Assembly: GCA_034780895.1 (NCBI GenBank)
Contig: JAUZTB010000118.1
Location: 7,634,655 to 7,698,654 of the forward strand
DNA: 64,000 bases
Direction: 5' to 3'
DNA from: Rhynchobatus australiae
Lineage: Eukaryota
Shown here: positions 52,039 to 63,633 of the stretch, piece by piece
How the letters are laid out: each line of letters begins with the position of its first letter
How positions within the stretch are numbered: position 1 is the stretch's first letter
Notes under the pieces: generated by a model
Seen by the model: the letters and a program-made list of their open reading frames with translations, nothing else
Told to the model about the DNA's origin: nothing
The model's database searches: none
Made by a program: the position numbers and the translations under genes

Positions 52039-52564
52039 TTAGCCAGTTCTAAAGGTGTAAGTTGTGACCATGAATTACAATTTGAAATGACACAGGCAAA
52101 CTTCGCAAGGCAAACATATAAGTGTACACTGGTGATTAAGATATGTCCAGAAAGACTTCAAACACTGAATGTTATTTTATGATCCTTCCAACTCCATTAA
52201 GATACTTCTTCTCAAAAACTCTGACAATGAATCTGGGCATCACTGACAAGTGTAACGATTATTGTCCACCTCTAGTTGACCTTGTAAAGTTGGTGGTGAG
52301 TCATTGTTGTGAAGGTATGCTGAACTACTAGACTGCCATAAAAAAAAGCACAACTTTCTCACTAAAACCCTTTTAAGGAAAAAGTCAGACACTGTCACCC
52401 ACTTTGACCTATATTTGACTTCACATAGAGCAATAATTTGATTCTTTATTGCTTTCTGACATGGTATCAGAAGCCATTAAATTCAGGAGTTATCAGAGAT
52501 GGACAATAAATGTTGGTCTTGCCAGCAAGGCCCTTGCCAGAGGAACAAATTAAGAAGAAGTCAT

Positions 52565-52920
52565 ATTATAGAAAGGTACAGGACAGAAACAGGCCCTTCA
52601 GCCCACCGTCCATAGTGACCATCAACCGCCCATTTATACTAATCCTACATTAATCCCAAATATTATTCTACCAACATTCTCATCAACTCCCCCGATTCTA
52701 CCACTCACCTGCACACTTGGAGCAACTTACAGTGGCCAATTAGTCTACCAACTCGCACATCTTTGGGACGTTGGAGGAAACTGGAGAACCAGAGGAACCT
52801 ACACTGTCATAGGGAGAATGTGCAATTCTCCACACAAATCGTATCTGAGGTCAGGATAGAACCCAGGTCTCTGGCACTGTGAGGCAGCAGCTCTACCAGT
52901 TACACCACTTTGCCACCCTG
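52565..52920 (-). mobile_element. V-SINE (HE1-like), CR1-type tail
   Basis: Reverse-complement homolog of 41068-41430. Head ggtggcaaagtggtgtaactggtagagc...agacctgggttctatcc; tail acaggacagaaacaggcccttcagccc. Confidence 0.85.
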
Positions 52921-54189
52921 ACTTCCATGTGGAAAGTGGAAAGGCTTCAGGATCATGAGGTAAATCATAGACTGAGGGATCCCAAGGCCCTGACTCATTA
53001 TTGCACACTATCTCTCATTGGGCACAGTCATTGGACACGTGCTGTTTTTCACTTACCAGTCCCTGGTCTTGTTGCATGTGGGCACAAATCAGTATCTGAA
53101 TAGTTGCAAATGGACCAGAATAGAGTCCAGAACTTAACAAGCTCATCAGCTTCTTCACTGACTGATATCAGTCAGTGCACTGACCAAGGTGAGTGGCCAA
53201 GGGTCTGACATTGGACCTGACCTTCCAAAGAGTCAATCTGCATCTTGACTTGCAGTAATTCCGAAGAATAATTCCTCCTAGTCAATTAACTTTTCAGCTC
53301 CTTTTCCCGAAAAAGAAGTACAACCAGGAAACAACAGGGCAGAATTAGTTATGGCCAATCTTTCCTGTGAAGCATGTTTCAAGCACCTGTTTTGTTTGGC
53401 TCAGCAATAAGATGGAAGGAAGCAACATCATTTCACATTTCAATGAGAAGGCATTTCCTCCATCTGAATTCCCCTGTTGTTACCTGGCCTTGGCACACCA
53501 GGTGGGAAAGGGCCCACCACACTCCCTCTGATCCCTAACTTACATAATATATCTGCTGTCATTCACAAAATTGCCTGTGAAATCCAGAATTGTTAGCAAG
53601 CTGCCAAATATCAAACTTTCATTTAAAGTGACACAGGAATGCAAAGCATAAGCTGCAAAAGATGTTCTTTGAGTATTTCCTGGTTTGCATTGGGATTCAT
53701 TTTGCCGCACACAGTTGCTTCGAATAAGCTTCTTGACACATACAACTAATCCTGCTTTGCCCACACTGGCTTTATGTTGAGTCAATAATTATTACCTACT
53801 ACTCTGCTGTATGGATAGGAAAGTTTCAGAGGGATATGGGCCAAATGGGACTAGCTCAGGTTGGTATCTTAGCATGGACGAGTTGGGCTGAAGGGCCTGT
53901 TTCCATGCTGTATATTTTTATGACCTTTGTAACAGGTAGGCAGCCTCCCAGCTGACATCAGAAAGCCCTGTTCAAGTTATTGCACAACTACATATTGTTC
54001 AGGGCATGGAAAATGTACGTGGAGACTTTTTCTCATAGAAGGGACTTCTACCTTTAGAACGGGCATCAATGGGCATCTTGGCTGGCATGGACAAGTTGGG
54101 CCGAAGGGCCTGTTTCCATGCCATATAACTCTCTGAAAGGATGCATCTTCTGAAATGAAAGCAACAAAAACTCTGGAATTGATTTCCTC

Positions 54190-55437
54190 TTACTGAAGCA
54201 GAGAATAAAAGGAGGCATTAGATGTCCTTGTGGATATGTAGGTGGATAAATTGATGGGCTTGATGAGATGTATCCCAGTCTGCTATGGGAAGCATGGGAG
54301 AGTATTGCCGGGGCCCTGACCTTTGTTTTCAAACCTTTGCTTGCCAAAAATGAGATATCAGATAACTGGAGGACAGTAAATGTGGTAGCCTCATTCAAGA
54401 AGGGCAGCAGAGATAAGCCAAGTAATATTGGGCCAGTAAGTCTATTGTCAGTACTAGAGTATTGGAAAAAAAATGTTTCCTCCCACATTTCAACCTCCTA
54501 CAGGTTAGGAGTTGTGGGCATACTATTTTGGCACCAAAAGAGTGGCAACACTTGTGGGCTGCCCCCTACACGTCAGTAATGCAAAAAGACTCATTTCACT
54601 GTGTGTTTTGATGTACGTGTGACTAATGAATAAATATCTTCTATCTTAGAACTCTTCAGAGATAGCCAGCACAGCTTTCTTGGTGGGACATCCTGCCTGA
54701 GTAATTTGATTGAGTTTTTTGAAGCAGTAAAATACATTGATGAGGGCAGTACATTTGAGGTAGTGTACAAAGGCCTTCAGTAGGCCTTTGACAGGATTGG
54801 TCCTAAAGATTAGACCTCATGAGATACAAGTTGACAAATTAGATCCAAAGTTGGCTTGGTAATAGGAAGCAGACTGATGAGGACGGTTGTGACTGGAAGC
54901 TGGGATCATGAAGATTGGTGCTCAGGTACTTGCTCTTTGTTATCGATATTAATGATTTGGATATGAATGGAGGAAGTATGATTGGTCTCAAAGTAGGGAG
55001 TAATCTGGAATAAAGAAGTAGTGACACATGGAACTCAGAACAAAGGCCACCAATGAGGGGCCCTGAGTGGACCAGGTTGTATGCCAGAGCTAGACTCAAC
55101 CATGTACTGTCAGCAGAACAAAGAGAGACCAAAACAAAGCAAGATCAAAAGCAAGAGAGCACAGGTTTAAGCTGAGAGGAAGGAATTTTAATGGGGATTT
55201 GAGGGGAAAGTATTTTATACAGAGAGTGTTTGATATCTGGAACTTGCTGCTAGGGGAGATGGTGGAATCAGACACAATGACTGTGTTTAAGAGACATTCA
55301 AACAGGTACTTAGATAGGCAAGGCATAGAAGGATTCTGGCGTAGTATGGGCAAATGAAATTAGTGTAGATGGGCACAAGGTTTCGCATGGACCTAGTGGT
55401 CTGAAGGGCTGTTTCTGTGCTGTTGAACTCTATGAGT
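54190..55437 (+). mobile_element. Degenerate CR1 RT/C-terminal remnant with nested inserts
   Basis: ORF 54268..54579 reads GLDEMYPSLLWEAWESIAGALTFVF...DNWRTVNVVASFKKGSRDKPSN..PVSL. CR1 3' end at about 55145-55437. Confidence 0.8.
54497..54648 (+). mobile_element. 3' half of V-SINE with Rex1-like tail, inserted in CR1
   Basis: Reverse-complement homolog of 57399-57550 (ggttagga..gggcat..ttggcacc...catttcactgtgtgtttt.gatgtac.tgtgactaat...tatctta). Confidence 0.7.
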
Positions 55438-55745
55438 CCACATTTTAAGGAAGGAAAGGGAAATCTAACCTCTGATGCCAAAGGAATTCAGAAAAGGTGT
55501 ATGGAATTTTATATTTTGTTATGTTCGTCTCAGATTCCCAGAGCATCTCACTGACTTCCTGACAGACATCTATAGAAACAGATTTGGTTTCTATCCTGTA
55601 ATATCTCACAGGTTAAAACATAGTTGCCTGGATTAGAGGAATTTGGTCAGGGGAAGAGATTGGATATGCTGGAATCAAGGAGACTGAAGGGTGACCTGAA
55701 TAATTAGGAAAATTGGATTATTCGGAAAATTGAGGAAATACTCAC

Positions 55746-56050
55746 CAGGCGTCATCTTCAAAAAAAGTAACAGAAATGATCATCTTTTGTCATTAACTTT
55801 TCGTCAGATCAGCGAAAGAGCAGTTGATGAAACAATAACTCAGTTCTTCTCACTGCAAACGATGCCTTTCCAGCACTTTCAGATGTCCATGATGTGTGCT
55901 GTTTTGTTTTTAGAATGCCTGGGATTGCTAACTTTTAAACTGATATGTTCAGTGGCCCTCAAAAGCTCCATTCCTGTTCCTCTCTCGACCGAACCTTCCA
56001 GTCTTGCTCTGATGCAAACGGCGAAACAAATGCTTCCATTCTTATCCAGA
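55746..56050 (-). other. Candidate upstream (probably non-coding) exon or promoter-proximal exon
   Basis: Strong donor CTG|gtgagt at 55745. About 8 CpGs in roughly 285 bp of unique sequence against a CpG-depleted background. 5' boundary unknown. Confidence 0.3.
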
Positions 56051-56694
56051 TTTTCACTCCAAGAAATGTTTGCCTTAAACCAAAGAAATTTTCATGGGAT
56101 TAGTCCAGGATCCTCACTCTGTGCAACATATCCACTTTCACAGGGGGAGAGTCAATCATGAAGGATAATCTCCCATTCCAATTATATTCACAGCATTTGG
56201 GGAGAACGTGCTAAAGAACAACAGAAAGAGATTTTCTGTTGAAACATAACAATAAATGAAGCATATAATAATGAAGGCTTTACAGAAAAGTGAAAAATAA
56301 AATTCAAATTTTACATTATAAGAACATAAATGAGGGAAGAGGCTATTCAGACCCTACAGACTGTTTCACAATACAACCAATTTGGAGAGGAGTGAAGTTG
56401 AAATGGACTGCTGTCCAAACAAGAAGGTGGAAATACTCTTGTATTGTCCGTGCTGCTTGTAGGCTGTTTGTTGAGTGACACAGACAACTCTGTTGTAAAG
56501 GCAATTACAATGCTGGGAACTGCTGGCTTGTAAGTCTATTAACTCTATTTAGAAATAATCCAGCAGTGTATCCAAAGTGGATGGAAAAGATGTGCATTTA
56601 CATAGTGCCTCAGGACATCCCAAAGCATTTGAGCATTAATGAAGTAATGGTTGAGCGATCATCACAGTTAAAATGGAGGAATTAATGTCATTGT

Positions 56695-56830
56695 TGGTGT
56701 TTCAGGTCAATGACCTTTCATCTGATGAAAGATTATCGACTTGGAACATTAACTCTGTTTATCTCCACAGATGCTGTTTGACACCTCCAAGATTTTCAAA
56801 TTTCCATCATTTACAATATTTTGCTTTTCT
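56695..56830. mobile_element. Fold-back Penelope pLTR remnant with back-to-back hammerhead cores
   Basis: tgtttcaggtcaatgacctttcatc-t-gatgaaagattatcgacttggaaca: symmetry axis at 56723 lies inside CTGATGA (56722-56728). Confidence 0.75.
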
Positions 56831-57398
56831 TTTGTAGTGTTGTAATGAAAGATTAAAAATAATGTAGTGGTTTGCCACACAAAGTGTTTCAGCCAGCTTC
56901 AAAGTTCAATTTCTAAATTACGCCTATTGTAAAATCACTGCAGTCTTAAAATGACCCCAACTATCCACTTTAGAAAGGCTGAAGCAAAACTTCATTTTAT
57001 GCTGCGACTTAAGAGTTTGACTGTATCAGCATCTTCTGTTCTGCACTGACTTTTTGTTCCTATTGAAACCGTTCAACTCTTACTCAACAAGAGGGAAGTT
57101 CACCTCCCTCAGTTTACAATCTGATCTGTAACACCCTGTTAATTGGTAACTTGCTACTCTTGGCTTTCACGTGATTGAAATGGCCTCAAAGTGGACTTAA
57201 AAAGCAAAAGCAAAATTGCGGATGCTGCAAATCTGAAATAAAAACAGAAAATGCTGAGGATACTCTGCAGGTCAGGCAGCACCTGTAGAAAAAAAAATGA
57301 TGAAGCAGTATCTTTTACATTGAAGAGAGAGCTGGGTATGAACAGTAAATGCCAGAAACACCTAACAGAACGACTACTTTGTGTTGGTCTTCACGGTG

Positions 57399-57680
57399 GA
57401 TAAGATAAGATAAGATTTCTTTATTAGTCACATGTACATCGAAACACACAGTGAAATGTCTCCTTTGCGTAGAGTGTTCTGGGAGCAGCCGCAAGTGTCA
57501 CCACACTTCTGGCGCCAACATAGCATGCCCAGAACTTCCTAACCCGTATGTCTTTGGAATGTGGAGGAAACTAGAGCACCCTGAGGAAACCCATGCAGAC
57601 ACGGGGAGAACGTACAAACTCTTTACAGACAACAGCCAGAATTGAACTTCACTTGGCACCGTAATAGCGTTACGCTACCA
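57399..57680 (-). mobile_element. V-SINE with Rex1/Babar-like 3' tail and (TCTTA)n end
   Basis: V-domain (minus strand gagtttgtacgttctccccgtgtctgcatgggtttcctc) joined to tail tttattagtcacatgtac..acagtgaaa that resembles Rex1 3' ends; taagataagataaga terminal repeat. Confidence 0.8.
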
Positions 57681-57689
57681 TGAGAACAT

Positions 57690-58299
57690 GTCCAACATGC
57701 CAAAGAGAAATATTATGGATGCGATGGGAGGTGAGGACCTCAATACAATCGCTATCACTAAAGAGATAGTGATGAGCAAACTAGTGGTCCTAAAGGTAGA
57801 CAAGTCCCCTGGTCCTGATGGGATGCATCCCAGGATACTGAAAGAAATGGCAGAAGTTATGGTAGAGGCGTTTGTGATAACTTACCAGAATTGTCTGGAC
57901 ACTGGGCAGGTCCCGGCAGATTGGAAGGCAGCGAATGTCATGCCTCTGTTTTAAAAAGGATGTGGGCAAAAGGCAGGTAACTGAAGGCCAGTTAGGTTAA
58001 CATCTGGAGTCAGGAAAATGCTTGAAACTATCATTAAAGAAGAAATAGCGAGACATCTGGATAGAAGTGGTTCCACAGGCAGTCACAGCATGGATTCCGG
58101 AAGGGCAGGTCCTGGTTGACAAACTGAGTAGAATTCTTTGAGGATATAATGAGCACAGTGGATAGAGGGGGACAGGTGGATGTTATATACTTGGATTTCT
58201 AGAAGGCATTCAAAAAGATGCTGCATAAAAGACTTATCCATAAGATAAGGATGCATGGAGTTGGGGGTAATGTATTAGCATGGATAGAGGATTGGTTAA
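57690..58299 (+). mobile_element. CR1 ORF2 reverse transcriptase remnant
   Basis: LKVDKSPGPDGMHPRILKEMAE...VPADWKAANVMPLF*KG...VDVIYLDF*KAF..HKRLIHKIRMHGVGGNVLAWIEDWL, with in-frame stops. Confidence 0.9.
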
Positions 58300-58399
58300 N
58301 NNNNNNNNNNNNNNNNNNNNNNNNNNNNNNNNNNNNNNNNNNNNNNNNNNNNNNNNNNNNNNNNNNNNNNNNNNNNNNNNNNNNNNNNNNNNNNNNNNN

Positions 58400-58463
58400 T
58401 GGGAATTGAACCCGGGTCACTGGCACTGTAATAGCGTTACACTAACCGCTACACTACTGTGCC
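58400..58463 (-). mobile_element. tRNA-derived SINE head (V-SINE family), truncated by gap
   Basis: Minus strand reads ggcacagtagtgtagcggttag...gacccgggttcaattccc (A and B boxes). Confidence 0.75.
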
Positions 58464-58479
58464 TGTCCACTGTTTGCTG

Positions 58480-59230
58480 TCATATACATCAGGGTGCAAT
58501 GAAATTCCTTGCCTGCATGAAGCTCACAGAGTAAACAGTAGACATGGTAATAATAAATACAACAATAAATACAGGAATGAGCACAAAGCAATAGAGTGGT
58601 GCAAAGATAGTAGTGCAAACTGAAGTAGTGCAAAAAGAAATGCTAGGGTGCATGGACAGGAAAGGATTAGAGGGATATGGGCAAAATGCAGGCAAATGGG
58701 ATTAGCTCAGATAGGTAACTTGGTCGGCGCGGACAAATTGGGCCAAAGGGCACATCTCCGTGCCGTATAACTCGATGACTTAATGTCCGGGGTCAAGGGA
58801 TATGAGGAGATGTTGGGAACAGGCTAATGAAGTGGATAATCAGCCATGATAACATGGAATACTGGAGCAGGCCCAAGGAGTCAAATGGTTGACTTCTGCT
58901 CCTATATTTCAGGTTACTGTGTTTTTATGACTTCGAATGGAACCTGCAGGTGGTGGCCTCCCATGTACCTGTTACCCTGTGTGGTAGATCTCTCGGGTTT
59001 GGGAGGTGCTGTGAAACTAGCCCAGGTAGGTAACTGCAGTGCAATTTGTCAATGGTGCACACTGCAGTCGCTGTGCGGTGGTGGATCGATGGGTGGCATG
59101 TCAGCCAAGGGGCTGCTTTCTCTGGATGCAGCTGAGTTTCTTGAGCGTTAATAGAGCTGCACTTCTCCAGACAAATGGAGGGTTTTCCATTGCACTCCAG
59201 ACTTCGTGCCTTCAATGATAGAACAGAAAG
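58480..59230. mobile_element. Cluster of short LINE remnants (Rex1 UTR, two CR1 tails, old CR1/L2-group fragment)
   Basis: 58480-58637 matches 10325-10480. 58645-58780 and 58800-58915 are plus-strand CR1 3' ends. 58930-59230 is collinear with 8290-8540. Confidence 0.65.
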
Positions 59231-60234
59231 CCAGCTATCCAAGTATTCCAATGACATAAAGATAGGCACGAGTATGAACAGTGTACCTGGAGTAATACAT
59301 ATAATTCTAATGAGATCCTGATCAAATGCCCCATGTTCTTTGATCCTTTGGTTCACAAAAACTTATTGATCTCCTGTTTAAAAGTTGACTTAACTCGAAT
59401 TATCTTTCTTGGAAAGGAATTTCTACACTTCTCTGTGTGTATAGGAGCTCTCTGAAAGCCCTGTCCTCTCAATTTTAGACTATTTTCCCCAGTTCTGGAC
59501 ATCCCAGCCAGCTGAAATAGCTTCTCTCCATCCATCCTGTCAGCTCTCCATAATATCCTGAAAGTTAACCCTCGACCTTCGAAATTCCAGGGAATGTAGT
59601 CCTAGTTGCTGCAATCTCCTCTCATTTAATATCAGGAATTTAAGCATCACTGTGTTCAGTTCATGCTGTACTGTCCTCAAGGATAAGGTGCACACCTCAT
59701 TGTGTTCCCACCATCCCCTCTTTCCACCAACCACCACCTCTCCTCACATGCCCAACAACTCCCCTCTGATACTTTTTTACCGTTAACCAATACTGGGAGG
59801 TTCGAGGTATTGGGCTTGGTGGAAGAGAAAAGATGAGTAAGAAATTTAGGAAAGGCATAGTTTGAGGGTTAGAATCAGAAGAAGTGATGAGGTCAGAGGG
59901 CATAAGGACTGATGGAGATAGGATGCCGGGGGTTTAATTTAAAAATAATTGAAGCTATTGTTGGGTCAGGAGCTACTGTAAGCTAGCAAACACTGAGGTT
60001 GAAAGCTGAGTGGGACAGTCACAAAAAAATTTCCAGTGCAGGATGTTGGGGCTAAAATCAAGGTTAGTAGTATGGTCTGGGCGAGTGGTGAGATAGACCT
60101 GGGTGTCAACAAAGAACAAGCATAACAGATGTTACTTTGCCTATGATTGCTGAGATCCTTACAGAAGGGAAATTAGATGGGAACAAGACAAGAGAGCAGG
60201 ACCAGAAAGACAAGCTTTGTAGGTAATTTGATGG

Positions 60235-60507
60235 CGGGGGGGATAGATTTAGGACAGAAATGAGGAGAAACTGCTTTTCCCAGAGAGTAGTGAATCTGTG
60301 GAATTCTCTGCCCAGGGAAGCAATAGAGGCGACCTCATTAATCATATTTAAGACATTAGATTTTTACATAGTAAGGGAATTGAGGGTTACAGGGAAAAGG
60401 CAGGTTGGTAAAGCTGAGTCCATGGCCAGATCAGCCATGATCTTACTGAATGGTGGAGCAGGCTCAACAGGCCAGATGTTCTACTCCTGCTCCTATTTCT
60501 TATGTTC
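60235..60507 (+). mobile_element. CR1 3' fragment
   Basis: Translates to FRTEMRRNCFSQRVVNLWNSLPREAIEATSLIIFK, followed by the CR1 3' UTR. Confidence 0.85.
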
Positions 60508-60510
60508 ACC

Positions 60511-60657
60511 CAGCAAGTTAGGCAGCATCTGTAGAAAGAGAAACAGAATTAATGTTTCAGTTCTGACAAAGTTTCTTTGACCTGAACTTTAACCCTGTCT
60601 CTTTCTGCAAGTGCTGCCTGATCTGCAGAGTGTTTTTATTTCAGATTTCTCGCAGTT
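60511..60657. mobile_element. Fold-back Penelope pLTR remnant
   Basis: aggcagcatctgtagaaagagaaacagaattaatgtttcag versus ctgaactttaaccctgtctctttctgcaagtgctgcct, with decayed ctgacaaa core between them. Confidence 0.65.
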
Positions 60658-60827
60658 CTATTGATTTTAAAGGTGATGTCTGTGATAAGGTCACATAGTG
60701 ACAGTATGGATGTTGATGTCATCAAAGAGAGGGTGGTGAGTTCTTGTTAATCACAACTAATCCGTTTGGAAGTGTGTTGACAGAAGGAGATGAATGAGGA
60801 CAAAAGAAATGTAGGAACTCTGACATA

Positions 60828-61560
60828 CAGAACACAGCAGTTGCTAGAAATTTGAAATAAAAGAGAATACTGGAAATACTCAGTAGATCGGGTAACATCT
60901 TTAGAGAAAGAAAAAGTGAATTAACGTTACAGGTGGATAACCTTACAGAAATTGCCGGATTCAGTATTGAGTTCTGAGTGCCTAGACAAGTGGAGATGAT
61001 GTTCCTCAAACTGGTATCGGAAGCAAAACACAGAAACAGATGTCCCTTGTGGACCGAATGGAGTTATCCTGCAAAGTGGTCAGCAAATCTATGTTTGGTT
61101 TCTCCTTTATCAAAGAGACCACATGACAAGCATGAAGACAAAGCTTAAGTTGAAAGAAACGCAAGTAAGTTGCTGTTTCACCCAGAAGGACTGTTTGGGT
61201 CCCTCGGAAGGGAAGAAGTAAAATAGCAGGCATGACATCTCCCAAGATTGTATGAGAAATTCCTGTGAGAAGGGGAGTGAGTGGTGGAAAAGGAGGAGAG
61301 AATTAGGGAGTCATAAAGGGAATGGTCCTTTTGGAATGCTGAAAGGGGAGGGGGGAGGAATTGTGTCTGCTGATAGAATCTCACTAAAGGTGGCAGACAT
61401 TACAGAGGGAGACCTATTGATTGTGGAAGCTGGTGGAAGGGAGGAAAGTAACTCTGTCTTTGCTCTGGTTGGAAGGAGAAGGGGTGGAGCAGAAGGGTGG
61501 TAACAAGATCTGACATGGCTGAGTACTCCTTCAACCATTGCAGAGGAGAAGCCATGGTTA
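60828..61560 (-). mobile_element. Penelope-like element remnant (linker Zn-knuckle, GIY-YIG, pLTR)
   Basis: ORF 61178..61384(-) reads PPPLSAFQKDHSLYDSLILSS...GRCHACYFTSS, matching PLE 'PPLSAFRRD.SLRDSLV.S...C..C.TC'. Downstream GETKHRFADHF and EEHHL; pLTR at 60828-60945. Confidence 0.8.
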
Positions 61561-63269
61561 AGATAAAAAGGAAGAGGTAAAGTTGAAGCAGCAATCTCAA
61601 AATGTGGTTGGTGTCTTTTCTGCTCGTTGAATTACAATAATGCAGCCAGCAACATTTTGAAAGGGATTGCAACAAGTAAACTAACCCATTCAGCTCATGA
61701 ACCCCATTTTAATATGCAAGTTGTGTGCGATTCAAATTTGTCTCCAGATCAATCATCCAGGTTCCTGAATACGAGTCCAGGAACTTAATCACTGTATTAC
61801 CATGTTCACACCTGCATGCCATGTACTGTATACAACAGAAAACATTTTGGAATGCTATTAGGTACAAAACATCACAAATTACTTTACAGAATAACAACGA
61901 GGAATACATATCTTGGGAAAGCCTGGGCAACAAGTTAGGCTCTGTAAAGGTTTTTACAAGTGAAACATGGTATTATGATGTTCAACCTCAATAATCTCAG
62001 AATTTGCCTCTGCAAAGAAAGTAACGAGAAGGACAAATATGTAAGATAACAAGTTGCTTAACATTGGTATCTCATATACAGACACCCACAAGATGGTGAT
62101 TTTCAGAATTGTCAGTTGACTTTGTAAAAGTGATTTTTTTGTCACAATAAACTTGCTGGACTGAAATAAAAAATGACACTCAGACAACACTTTCTCTGCT
62201 TTGGCCTACAGCAGAAGAAAGACATTTGTTTTCTGCCCTGTGGAAGTGACTGTTTCCTTCACTGACATCTCTAATAGTTAAGGTCTTTAACATGTCCTAA
62301 CGCTGCACCACATGAAAGCTGAAATAATTAGATCACTGTTTTTATGGAGATACTTAGTGCTTTAGCGTACCAATTAACATCAGCTCAGTGAAATTGCAGC
62401 ATTCTCAGGAAGAAAGGATACTTGCTGGAGGCATTGTTCTGGCCACTTGCTAAGAAAATGAGGGGGCCACCAACTTGCCTGTAGTTATTGGATGGATTTA
62501 CATATAAAATAGCAAACTCTGTCCAATCTTATTACACAAGAGGTTTTGAGCAGCAGAACGTGCAATAAGAGGGCCAAGGGCAGATTGACTGATTGTTCAC
62601 TGCTGACATCACTACTCATGACAAGGCTCTAATGGTTTTAATAATCAGTTTAATGAAATGTGTTTTTGTTTCAATCTGAATTGAAGGAACTGTGTTCAGG
62701 CCATCCATGTCAAGTATTCAAGAGAATGAATTAACGCTGAACTATATGGCTTCTCCCATTTTTAATTCCCCAGCAGAAATCTGTGCACATTCCGCACTGG
62801 TGATTTAAGCAATGTGCATCGTGTGGAAGTATTCAAAATGATTTGAAGAGAAATTTCTCCAAGCACCTGGGGCAGAAGGTGATTCAATCATATCCACTCA
62901 ATTTAAATCTTTTGATGAAGTGGCTTAAAAAAACAATATTCTTTTTTTTTGCATTGCAGAGCTATATTTGAAAGCTATAAAAACATTATTCGTATCCATA
63001 ATTCTTTTCAAGTGTAGGCTTTTTCACACTAAATTCCCTGGCTATTTGATATGGAATTAATCACAGAAAATAATAGTGGCTTTAATTGCTTTTATGATTT
63101 TTCTACCTTTTTGCAGATTTCATTATACATTTTTTTTCTTTTGCAAATTACTAGCTTCCAGTGTTTTGTGTAGGGCACCCATCATCAGACATTACCAGTC
63201 AGGTGCAATCTCCTTTATCTGAAGCATTTTTCTGAACAAAAATAGAAACAAATATCACATGTATGTATT

Positions 63270-63633
63270 GTCTTTCTCATCGTCCCAAAGCACTACGTCG
63301 CCAGTGAAGTACTTCTACAGTGCAATTATTGTTGTAAGAAACAAGGCAGTCGTTTCTGCACAGGAAGCTTCCATAAACAGCAATTGGTAACATCCAGGTA
63401 ATCTGTTTCCATAGTAATGAGGGTGAAGATTGGCCAGCACACTAGGAGTAAAGCACCTTTCCTTCAGAGATTGTGACATGGGTCCTAGCCTCCCAAAGTA
63501 TGTGAAGGATGGCATATCCCACTCAGCTGGAGTGTTGAGCCTGGATTTATGTGTTCAAGTTTCTGGAGTGGTCCTGAACCTTGAAGTTTCAGAATTATAG
63601 ATGAGAATGATGTCAAGTGAACCAGAGCTGACA
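63270..63633 (-). mobile_element. Near full-length Deu-domain SINE (SacSINE1/AmnSINE1-like)
   Basis: cgtcccaaagcactac..ccagtgaagtactt...gagggtgaagattggccagcacac...gagtgttgagcctggatttatgtgttcaagt..ctggagtgg; tRNA-like head ends at gagctgaca. Confidence 0.65.

Noticed and set aside
55730-56161. 143-aa plus-strand ORF
   Set aside because: Non-ATG start, no recognisable domain and no splice context. The minus-strand donor is a better explanation of this region.
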